DNA of 64,000 bases, taken from contig CM097885.1 in assembly GCA_044892525.1 (NCBI GenBank), forward strand, positions 32,800,001 to 32,864,000, given 5' to 3'. The notes beneath the pieces are model-generated. The model did not search any database and was not told the DNA's origin. It saw only the letters and a program-made list of their open reading frames with translations. The DNA comes from Schmidtea polychroa (lineage: Eukaryota). A program made the position numbers and the translations under genes. This document shows positions 1-9,297 of this stretch, one piece after another (the stretch's first letter is position 1; each line of letters begins with the position of its first letter).

Positions 1-80
1 TCTCTAGATGGCGTATCGTCCTCTCCCTCTCTCATTGTGATCGTTTTCTTTCGGATATTCGGTCTTTCTTGATTAATCAT
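1..80 (-). CDS. Start of a further cargo ORF running off the window (MINQERPNIRKKTITMREGEDDTPSR...)
   Basis: ATG at 80 directly after TTTATTATAG; open to the window edge; same composition as the element. Confidence 0.45.
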   Translation of the reverse strand, partial: MINQERPNIRKKTITMREGEDDTPSR

Positions 81-222
81 CTATAATAAATTTCATCATT
101 TCTTTTTGCATTTTTTCTTTTTCTAGTTTTTATGGTTTTGGTGAGTTACTTTACTTTATACAATAACTTTATAATTACTTTACATCGTTTTTACAAAATA
201 TTTACAATTTCCCTCCATCCGC

Positions 223-1646
223 CTATCGTATTTCTATTGTTAGTCCTTCCTCCGCTAGTTCGATTAGGAAGAATATAGTGTCCTTGTCTATGTAGGAACC
301 TTCATTGAACTGATATAGCTGTATAAACTCTCCTGCTCCTACCGCGGTATTAACCTCTGTAGTTGGTTTGTTCCATGCTGGACTTAATGCTCGACAGTAT
401 GTTATGTGTGTCCGTTCTCTTCCTAAGAGAGATATTTATAATTTATGTCGAAATGGCCAGACTATTAGGTCATCGAAGTCTCCTTTACAGATTTGCATAA
501 ATAAGGACATGTACCGATCTTTAAAATTTCCCTCGCCATTTGGAAACCATCTCAATTTCATCTTGTATCCATGTTTCTTGACGTAGAATGGTTTGCTCAC
601 TATCGTTGTCTGGGTTCCTTGCTTTGCTCGCTCCATTATTTCTGCTATCCCTTGAATTTTCCACATGTATGGTAATATTGGTAGTTCCTCTGTTGTCAGT
701 TCCCTTCCAGCCCATTTGGTTTGTAGTTTAGTTACTTCGACTAGTTTGTCGTCTAACTTCAACATTCTTTGTATTACGGCTTCTCTCGTAGTTTCGAAGC
801 TTTCCTGTGAACTCAGCATTTCTTTTATCATGATTTTATGTGATTTGAGTTCGTCTTTGACGTCTTCGACTGCCCTTGCCGTTAACTCTATTGCTCTCAT
901 CATCTTTTGCATGTGCTCTAATGTATTCTCTTCCACATGTTTCTTCATTTCTTCTGCTGGTAATTGTACTTTACAATCGAATGTCACCATTGGGCATTTT
1001 ATCGCTTTTCTCGTTCATATCTCCCAATGCTCTTTTAGTCTGACGTTGTTAATTTCTCCACACTCGTTTGGGCATCCCCTGTGTATTCATCGCAAATCCG
1101 TCTTTCTACTGCGTTTCGATGTTCTATTTCGATCTCTCTCCAATTAGCAGTTTCTCCGCAAAATTCACATTTCTCCGTTCGCACTTCGCATTCTTTTTTA
1201 TGTTTGGTTTTCTCTTTTCGTAAAAGCTTTACCGTACATGCTTCGCATTCCAATTCTAAATATTCGCATACGTCTGTATGGGCTCTTAACTCCTTTACTC
1301 GACCTGTCCATTCGCATGACCTTTGAGGACATCTTATTTTCACTTCTCTGATTTCTCGGTTCATTGCTCTATCCAATATCGTACCAGTGGGAACCAACTT
1401 AAATGCTTCTCCACACCCTGGACAAGTTTCTCGCTTTAGCTTGGCTAATCTTATATCACACTCTCGGCACAATCTACAACCGCATCGAGTTTGACTTGCT
1501 CCAATTAATAATCTTCTACATGCTGTATCGGCACATAATAGTCTTTCTTCGAACTCATCCGGCTTGGCTTGATATTTTCTCATCAACTCATAGTTAATCT
1601 TTTGTTCCTCTGCTTCTCTCCGGTTTTCTTCCGCTTTGTTTTGCAT
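223..1646 (-). pseudogene. TRAF-family protein (RING, TRAF zinc fingers, coiled coil, MATH), intronless and frameshifted; retroelement cargo
   Basis: RING (CADTAC...RCGCRLCREC...CPGC) and zinc fingers (CPQRSCEWTG...HTDVC) in ORF 1035-1646. MATH motifs (YMWKI, SKPFY, GYKMKL..FPNG, SLFMQICKGDFDDLIVWPF) in ORF 436-990. MATH continues in another frame (...YIDKDTIFFLIEL) to a TAG at 223. Confidence 0.85.
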
Positions 1647-1735
1647 TCTACAATGATAACTTTTTAATCTTGGAATTCTACTTGGTTATAACTCTATTTA
1701 TTTACAAGATTATTTACATTTTACTCCTTTCTCTC

Positions 1736-2191
1736 CTATACATCTACCGTCGAGTCCGCTTCTCCAGTTCCTGGTAGCCCGGTCATCCACTCGACTAAAC
1801 TGGCAATATCGTCATGTTGTCGATTTTCATGCAACCTTCTAATTTCTTCCGCTTGCCATCTGATTTGGCTTATTAACTGATTGTTATTATATTCTAGTTG
1901 CGCGATTATTTGGTGTTGTTCCTCTATTTTTGTAATGTATATTGCATTTCTATTAATACTCTCTATCAACGCCGTTTGATTTCGTACCCAATGTTCTTGA
2001 GTCTGATTTGTCAATTGGGTCATTAATTCACATTGTGCCCTCCACATGGATCCTGTTGACTGACTTGGCTGGTTTGGCACGTTCATTTCCATCATGTCCA
2101 CTGGATGCACATTCATTAGTGGCTGTTCCCCTACCTCAACAACATGTGGTATCCCATTTGGGCGTTCTTGCTCTTCCATTCTCTGGTTCAT
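1736..2191 (-). CDS. Hypothetical 151-aa Q/E-rich coiled-coil cargo protein
   Basis: Open ORF between pol and TRAF on the same strand; heptad-like C-terminal half. Confidence 0.55.
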   Translation of the reverse strand: MNQRMEEQERPNGIPHVVEVGEQPLMNVHPVDMMEMNVPNQPSQSTGSMWRAQCELMTQLTNQTQEHWVRNQTALIESINRNAIYITKIEEQHQIIAQLEYNNNQLISQIRWQAEEIRRLHENRQHDDIASLVEWMTGLPGTGEADSTVDV

Positions 2192-2338
2192 TCCTATTTA
2201 TAATATATGGTCATCATACTTGTTTTTGATTTTTCTACATATTGTTTTAGTTTACTATTTTTATTTTGTACATACTACTACTATTATTACTACTTTTATC
2301 GTTTCATTTATACATTATTTACACAACTCCTCCTCTTG

Positions 2339-5300
2339 TTAAACCAGTGTCGCCATGGGGCCGGAATGCAACGTGCGCATTCCCCCATATCTCTCGTCCG
2401 TTAGTCGGTATATATCGACTTCGTGTGCCCATTCGTTAGGTGTGGGTATTCTTGGTAGTTCCGACATCCACAATCCGCTGGATCTGGGATCCTCTATCAC
2501 CTCGTATTCTTCTAGATTCAGATTCTCTGTTGGAATGCCGTATTCAAATTTTTCCACCTTGGGCCATTTTCTTCGGTTTCTCGGTTTTTGTTTACATCTT
2601 TTGGTGGTTCTTATCCATTGAATCATTGCTAACACTATTATCGTACTTACTATCGCGCTAGTTATCCATATCATCTTTGTGATTATCGTTGTTCCATTAT
2701 TTGCTTTTTCTGTCGTTAATATTGTACTGCCTGTGGTATTCGTTTCTGGTGCCTTGATTTTCTTGAATGCTTGATGTAATCGTTCCTTCTCCTTCTCTGT
2801 TAGGTGACTGTGATTTTCTCGTTTCTCTCCCCCTTCTTGATCTTGGGGTATCCATGGTATGTTTATTAATTGGGATTTTTGTCGAGTTATTGGTTGACAT
2901 ACGCTGGTTCCTCTTCCTTTCTTAAGGATACATACTTGGTATCGCTCTTTTCGTTTTCCTGTCTCCATTTTGACGTCTGCACCTTTGTCTATTGGTGTTG
3001 TTGTACAGTCGATTATTCCCGTCTTATCCATTATACATATCCTTATGATTGGTTCTCCTTCTTGGTTTTTGACTGTAATTACCTCTTCACCTTTCTTGTT
3101 GAGGTTAATAGTTACCTGCACTTCCCGTCTTTCATCTTTAATCACTTCGTTAATCCATGCTGTTGTTGTTGTTGATTCGGTTTGGTTTTGTTCTGTTGTT
3201 GTTTTTGAACTAACTGGTTTCTTTGGCTTCTTGGTTGTTGTCCCCATTAATGGACCTTGTTTAATTGCCATACTCTTTGGTTTGTCTTTTCTTGGTGCAG
3301 CTCTTGTTCCTTTACATACTACTATCCCTTGTGTTCCTGCGCATACCACAGTAGGGGTATTTGGTTTGACCTCTCCCCAGAAGAATTTATGGTCTTGTGT
3401 CATATCAGTTACTATGCATATATCTCTGTCTTCTCTGATGCATACATGTGTAATTGATCGACTCTCTTTATCTTCTATTTCGATACCTTCTTCCAAAATG
3501 TTAAGTTGAAAATGTACTCCGGTTTCATTGGCTCTTTCTAGTTCCATTTCTTCTGTTGTTATGTCTTTGCAAATGTCATAATCTCCACATAGCCTGGGGT
3601 CTCTTTTTAGGCTGCTGAAAATCTTTCCTTTTGTTATCGTTCTGAAATCACAGCTTACTCCTGTTCCTTCCATTAGTTGTACACATATTCCGACGGCGTT
3701 TCTGTCGTAATCGCTGATTTTTATCATAAATACTTCGCCTTCTTGAGAAGCTTCTCTTACGATTCTCATATGTTTTGTTTCCGTTAAACAGATAGATGTT
3801 AATATTATAAATATTCTTTGTAGTAGGATTGGCTGGATTTGATTTCGAAACACTATGCTGTGTAGTGGGGACTTTCGCTTTTTGTTTTCTGTTTTGTCGA
3901 ATCCTTGATCTTCACCTCGACCTTGGTCATCTTCATCTTCTTCTAACTCTTCATTCTCATCCGTTGTTTCTCCGCCTTCTGGATTCTGTTCTTTGTCGTT
4001 TCCCTCTGGGTTGTTGTCGTTATCCCCCATCTTTTCGTCGTCGTCGTCATCGTCATTCCTTCCACCCGGGGTTTTTCCAAAAATATCGTTCTCGACATTT
4101 GTCGCTTTGATCATCTCCTCGTATTTTTTAATTATCTCTTTCTTGTCGTTGTGGATACTTTCTCGTTCTTGTTTGTTTCCTTGATATTTCCGTTGTTTCC
4201 GGTGCCATTCCCACACTAGTACTTCTAGTTGCTTTTTCATCGCATGTGCTTTTGTGCATTTCCACCAATTACCTGTCAATTCTGTTCTATTTCTTTGTAA
4301 TATTGCTTTAATGGTTTTTGGCATTGGTGGTCTTGAGTATATGGCGCTTCTTAGTACGATATTTTCGTTGTTTTGGAATTGATTTATGTCAATTACTTCC
4401 GCTTTTAATTCATTTTGTTTCCATTTGATCAACATTGCTGCGGTTCTGTCTAAGTTTCCTCTGATGGCTTTCAGAATTGGTTCAATGCTCTGACCCAACA
4501 CCTCAGCTTCCTCAGTTGTTGCATTTCCTGTGATAAAGTTTATTATACTAGGTCTTTTTGACCTGACGGCGTAACGTAAAATGGTCCGTTGTTTGTTGTC
4601 TTTTTCTTTCAACGTGGATCCCGTTCTCAATAATTCTCTGAGTACTTCTCTTGACGCGCCTGTTGCTATGGCTTTCATCAGTGGAGTTTTCCCTTTACTG
4701 TTTTTGACGTTTGTCGATTGTTTGCAGTTTTCCATTATTCGTATGATCTCTAATGCTCGTTTTTCCTGTCCTGCTTTGACTGCATGATGGATTGGCCAGT
4801 TATTACTCAAATCACTTGTTAGGAACATGATTGGTAATCTCCGGATTAGTTCATATATTTGAACCGGTACTTGTAATCCTTCAGCATATCTTCGTCCTTT
4901 CGCATATCTTTCTGCTACTATCATTAGTTTGCCTAATACTTGGTATTTATTGGTTATATCGGCCCATTCTGGTACAATTTCTCGTGCTATTTTTACTGTC
5001 ATATTCCATGTTGCTTGACTCCTTGCTATTGCGTCAGCTTTGCTTTCTACTTCGGTTCCTTTATTGGCGCTGCTGCTTGTTTCTCCCTTCAACATGAATA
5101 TTTGTCTTGTCTGTGATCTAGATAATCTACCGCTTACTTCTGGTTCTGTTGTGACATTTGTTTGTGATCTCGTGATTATCTTCCTTGTTTCTGGGTCTTT
5201 AGTGGCAGTTTTCGCTACTGCTTTACATCGACATGTATTCACATATATGGGTCTAATTAGTAGATTGTTAACCAACTTTACTCGAGCGTTGTTCTCGTTT

Positions 5301-7186
5301 ACATAGATGATTTCATACGGTCCTCTGCCATTACGTTGTAATTTCTTTGCCGTTCCTGGGATTAATTCGGGTGTTTCTATAATAACCCAATCTCCAACTT
5401 TAAATTGATGGTCTTGTACGTTCTTCTTTTTGTCATGCAATTCCTTATAACTTTCTTGGTTGAATCGGATGTTCATCCCTGCGGTTTTCCATATTTCTTG
5501 CATTCTTTCTTTGAACTTTGTCACATAATCATCTATCTCCATATATTGTGAGATTGGCGGTTGGTATTCGAGATCCATCGGCATGTTGCATTCCCTTCCG
5601 TACATGAGTTTAAACGGACTCATTTTCGTTGCTGAGTGTATTGACATTCGGTAAGCCATTAGACACAACTTAATATATTCATCCCAGTCCTTTTCATGTT
5701 TGCTTACATAATTTGACATCATGTCTATCAATATGCCGTTGAATCTTTCTGTCTGACCATTCGTTTGCGGGTGGTATGGCGAGGTTCTCAATTTGGCAAT
5801 TCTGAAATAATTTGTCACTTCATTTATTATCTCGCTCATGAAATTAGTTCCTTGGTCAGTTAGGATTTGTTTTGGGGTTCCATATCTGCAGCAGATCTCT
5901 TCCACTAATATCCTTGCAACCGTTCGTGCTTTTTGGTCCGGCATCGCAAATGCTTCAGGGAACTTTGTCAGATAATCCGTTATCACCAATATATACACAT
6001 TTCCGCTGTTGGTTTCTAGTAGTGGTCCAACCACATCCATTGCAATCATTGTCATCGGTTCTGGCGGTATCGGCATTAGTTTCAATGGCGGCTTTAGTTT
6101 ACTGCCCGTTGTTTTCCTAGTTGCGCATATCAAACAGTTCTTTATCCATTCTTTCACGTCATCGCTCATATTTGGCCAATAATATTTCTGTTTAAGCCTT
6201 GCTTCGGTTTTCTTGGCTGACATATGTCCACCCAATTTACCGTCATGGTATTGAATCATAATTTCTTTCCGTCTACTTTCCGGTAAACACATCAATCGTT
6301 TGTCGCCATCCATTACCAATAGCCATCCCTTCTCGATCGTATATCTGTGACGATTTTTCTCCATATGTTCTTTTAATCGATCATCGTTGTTGAATGTTTT
6401 CATATCGTTTTTATCCAGGAATTCGATTATTAGTTTTAATTCGCTATCTTCTTTTTGTTCATTCTTTAGGTTGGTAAAATCAATATCTTCCACGATTATC
6501 ATGCATATTCGCCTGACGTCATGATCCATGAGTTCTTCGAACACAAATCTTGATAAACAACCCGCATTCGCGTTTGCTTTTCCTGACTTGAACTTGATGT
6601 ATGGGGAATATTCTTGTAATTGCATTGCCCATCTCATTAATCGACTAGATGCTTCTTTATGTTGGCCCAACCAAACTAGAGGTTGGTGATCCGTAGTAAT
6701 AATTATCTCGTGTCCCCACAATAAATATTTAAAATGTTTTATCGCCTGAATTATTGCTAAGGCTTCTCTTTCCGTGACTGAGTAATTTTTCTCGTGCTTT
6801 TTGAACGTCTTACTATAATATCCGATGACTCTTTCCCGTCTCTCCTCGTCCCATTGTCCTAGCACAGCTCCTGATGCATGTCCACTTGCATCGGTTGCTA
6901 ATAGAAAAGGCTTTTTGAAATCTGGATGTATTAAAATAGGTGAGGCTATTAATTTATCTCTTAGCGATTCGAACGCTATTTGCTGTTCTCTTTCCCACAG
7001 GAATGGGGTATTTTTTTTCGTTAGTTCCTGAATTGGTTTTGCGATAGTTGCATAATATTTGATGAACTTGCGGTAGTATCCGCATAATCCCAGAAATTCT
7101 TGTATCTGAGTCACGGTCTTTGGTATCGGACAATTCTTTATCTTTTCAACGTTTCTCGGGTCTGGTTCCTTTCCTTTTGCCGACAC
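2339..7186 (-). CDS. Pol C-terminal part: RT connection, RNase H, integrase, ankyrin repeats, then a Cys-repeat ectodomain with TM anchor
   Basis: FLGLCGYYRKFI; RNase H (LATDASG, YSVTEREALA, TDHQPL); integrase HHCC (HDGKLGGH...CLIC) and DDE (MDVVGP, TDQGTNF, GQTERFN); ankyrin motifs (GKTPLMKA, RTILRYAV); TM MIWITSAIVSTIIVLAMIQW. Confidence 0.92.
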   Translation of the reverse strand: MSAKGKEPDPRNVEKIKNCPIPKTVTQIQEFLGLCGYYRKFIKYYATIAKPIQELTKKNTPFLWEREQQIAFESLRDKLIASPILIHPDFKKPFLLATDASGHASGAVLGQWDEERRERVIGYYSKTFKKHEKNYSVTEREALAIIQAIKHFKYLLWGHEIIITTDHQPLVWLGQHKEASSRLMRWAMQLQEYSPYIKFKSGKANANAGCLSRFVFEELMDHDVRRICMIIVEDIDFTNLKNEQKEDSELKLIIEFLDKNDMKTFNNDDRLKEHMEKNRHRYTIEKGWLLVMDGDKRLMCLPESRRKEIMIQYHDGKLGGHMSAKKTEARLKQKYYWPNMSDDVKEWIKNCLICATRKTTGSKLKPPLKLMPIPPEPMTMIAMDVVGPLLETNSGNVYILVITDYLTKFPEAFAMPDQKARTVARILVEEICCRYGTPKQILTDQGTNFMSEIINEVTNYFRIAKLRTSPYHPQTNGQTERFNGILIDMMSNYVSKHEKDWDEYIKLCLMAYRMSIHSATKMSPFKLMYGRECNMPMDLEYQPPISQYMEIDDYVTKFKERMQEIWKTAGMNIRFNQESYKELHDKKKNVQDHQFKVGDWVIIETPELIPGTAKKLQRNGRGPYEIIYVNENNARVKLVNNLLIRPIYVNTCRCKAVAKTATKDPETRKIITRSQTNVTTEPEVSGRLSRSQTRQIFMLKGETSSSANKGTEVESKADAIARSQATWNMTVKIAREIVPEWADITNKYQVLGKLMIVAERYAKGRRYAEGLQVPVQIYELIRRLPIMFLTSDLSNNWPIHHAVKAGQEKRALEIIRIMENCKQSTNVKNSKGKTPLMKAIATGASREVLRELLRTGSTLKEKDNKQRTILRYAVRSKRPSIINFITGNATTEEAEVLGQSIEPILKAIRGNLDRTAAMLIKWKQNELKAEVIDINQFQNNENIVLRSAIYSRPPMPKTIKAILQRNRTELTGNWWKCTKAHAMKKQLEVLVWEWHRKQRKYQGNKQERESIHNDKKEIIKKYEEMIKATNVENDIFGKTPGGRNDDDDDDEKMGDNDNNPEGNDKEQNPEGGETTDENEELEEDEDDQGRGEDQGFDKTENKKRKSPLHSIVFRNQIQPILLQRIFIILTSICLTETKHMRIVREASQEGEVFMIKISDYDRNAVGICVQLMEGTGVSCDFRTITKGKIFSSLKRDPRLCGDYDICKDITTEEMELERANETGVHFQLNILEEGIEIEDKESRSITHVCIREDRDICIVTDMTQDHKFFWGEVKPNTPTVVCAGTQGIVVCKGTRAAPRKDKPKSMAIKQGPLMGTTTKKPKKPVSSKTTTEQNQTESTTTTAWINEVIKDERREVQVTINLNKKGEEVITVKNQEGEPIIRICIMDKTGIIDCTTTPIDKGADVKMETGKRKERYQVCILKKGRGTSVCQPITRQKSQLINIPWIPQDQEGGEKRENHSHLTEKEKERLHQAFKKIKAPETNTTGSTILTTEKANNGTTIITKMIWITSAIVSTIIVLAMIQWIRTTKRCKQKPRNRRKWPKVEKFEYGIPTENLNLEEYEVIEDPRSSGLWMSELPRIPTPNEWAHEVDIYRLTDERYGGMRTLHSGPMATLV

Positions 7187-8209
7187 GATATGTCCTAAAA
7201 ATGTGACTCTCTCCGTTGCCCAGTCACATTTGTTTCCATTGTTTCAGTCTTACGAATACATTCCTGATGTCGATTAAGTGTTGCTCGAAAGTACCTGAAT
7301 ATATTAGCAGATCATCAATATACACCATACATTGTTTGATTCCGTGTGTCACAAAGTTCATACATCTTTGAAACGAAGCAGGTGCGTTTGTTAACCAAAT
7401 GGCATCTTTTTAAACTGATATAAATCTTTTCCAATGGTAAAGGCTGTCTTTTCTCTATCTTCCTCTTTAACTTTAATTTGCCAGTATCCACTCTTTAGAT
7501 CTAAAGATGTAAAGTATGCTGCTCCATGCAACATCTGTAACATTTAGTTTATATCTGGCAGTGGATATGTATCCCTTTTTGTTACTGCATTCAACCTCCG
7601 ATAATCAATGCAAAATCTCTGTGTGCCGTCTTTCTTTTTTACCATTACCACTGGAAATTGCCATGGTGAGCAACTAGGTTCTATTACACCGGCATCCAAC
7701 ATCTTTTGTACTTCTTCCTCTGCCACCGTTTTTTGTGTTTCGGCTAATCGATATGGTCTCAAGGTTATGGGTGTCTCATCTGTTAGTGGTATAATGTGTT
7801 GAGTTACATCGCTGGTACCCAAATCTAAATCTGAAGTCGCAAAAATGTCTTTAAACTCAATCACCAGTTCTCTGAGTTGTTTCTTTTCTTCTTTGTTTAG
7901 GAGTTCGCTATCGATGGTCCACAATTCTTTTTCATCTGCTCCTTCACTTTTTATCTCTGGCAGTTCAATGTTCATCATTGGTGTGAGTTTTCCAAGTCTG
8001 TCGTTTTCGTAGATTACTTTATCTTCCTTATCAAAATTGGTGATGTTGATGGGTATCTCGTTATCCTCATTTATACTGACGATCTCTCTTGCCAATGGTA
8101 GCTCTCTTCGTTTCTCAAATTTTTGACTTGGTTCGAATATCATATCTACTTTGGCTTCATTATCAACCTTGACATAGCATATTGTCTGGGTACGTGCTGG
8201 TATTATCAT
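7187..8209 (-). pseudogene. Reverse transcriptase of the giant element, frameshifted
   Basis: [38 protein letters not shown]; downstream FTSLDLKSGYWQ and VYIDDLL (~7311-7326) lie in shifted frames. Confidence 0.9.
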
Positions 8210-9288
8210 TTTTTATAGCATCTCACTTGTGTTCTCATTGTGCATATCTGTCCCGTTTTATCTTTTAATTTCATGAAACTCAAATCAATCACAATTTCTT
8301 TCAACAATTCCGGAATTACATCTATTCCAATTATACATGATACGCTTAGTTGTCTAATGACTGCGAGGTACGTTGTAACTTTAACCCCTTTGTATTCGAT
8401 CGTTGACCATACTCTTCCTACTACCGCTATGGATTGTTTGCTGCATGTTATTACATCCATGGTTGTCTCTTTAATGCATGGCCATAGTCTACCTGGTAGC
8501 ATATTCATATTTATTGCTGAGATATTTGGTCCGGTATCGATCATTGCATCCATCTCTATTCCGTTTACTTCGACCGTGATAGTTAATGATGGTCCGGCTG
8601 GTGTTTGTAATACCTCAATCGTTCTTGTCTCAACTTCTTGTTTCACACTTTTAGCTGGCTTCATTATCGTTGGGTCCATTGCTGCCCAATTTGGTTCATA
8701 AGCTGTTGGATAAATGTTTGGTACTGGTAATCTTCCGGTTCCCATTCTTATCCGTTCTCTCACTGTTCCCGGTCGTCGCATTGGTCCATTAGTTGGTGCC
8801 TGTAAATATGGTGATCCCCATGGTTTCATTTTTTCGTTTTCCCAAGTGGCTGTATTTTTGTTTATTAACATTGCTCCTCCTTGGTTATTATCATCGTCGT
8901 CGAAATCATCATTGTCGTTGTCACTGTCATCGTCTCGTCTGAGGTTCATCCACTTTTTCCACTTCCCTGTTCTTTTCGCTTTCTCTTGAGTTCTTTCTGC
9001 CTCTAATCTCATTATCACTTTGAACTTACGTCCGACTTCTTCGTCTGTCTCTTTCATTTGCGTTAATATTTTCAACAATCTTTTTATTCGATAAATATCC
9101 TTTGAGTGTCCGTGCAACACCATTGTTTTTGCTAAGAACGGTAAAAATCCAATTGCAAGTTTCCAATTTACTTTTCTCTCGCGTTTGTAAATGTCAAAAC
9201 ATGCTAGCATCTGAGTTAGTATCACTCTGACTATTTGTATTATCAGAATAATTCCGAGTATTCCTGCCATCATTTGGCCAAATACCAA
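8206..9288 (-). CDS. Envelope TM anchor and tail fused to retropepsin aspartic protease (in frame with 9298-11586)
   Basis: Hydrophobic [18 protein letters not shown]; protease [13 protein letters not shown] and CIIGIDVI; separated from the upstream ORF only by one TAG in the same frame. Confidence 0.85.
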   Translation of the reverse strand: MVFGQMMAGILGIILIIQIVRVILTQMLACFDIYKRERKVNWKLAIGFLPFLAKTMVLHGHSKDIYRIKRLLKILTQMKETDEEVGRKFKVIMRLEAERTQEKAKRTGKWKKWMNLRRDDDSDNDNDDFDDDDNNQGGAMLINKNTATWENEKMKPWGSPYLQAPTNGPMRRPGTVRERIRMGTGRLPVPNIYPTAYEPNWAAMDPTIMKPAKSVKQEVETRTIEVLQTPAGPSLTITVEVNGIEMDAMIDTGPNISAINMNMLPGRLWPCIKETTMDVITCSKQSIAVVGRVWSTIEYKGVKVTTYLAVIRQLSVSCIIGIDVIPELLKEIVIDLSFMKLKDKTGQICTMRTQVRCYKK

Positions 9289-9297
9289 AAATCGACC

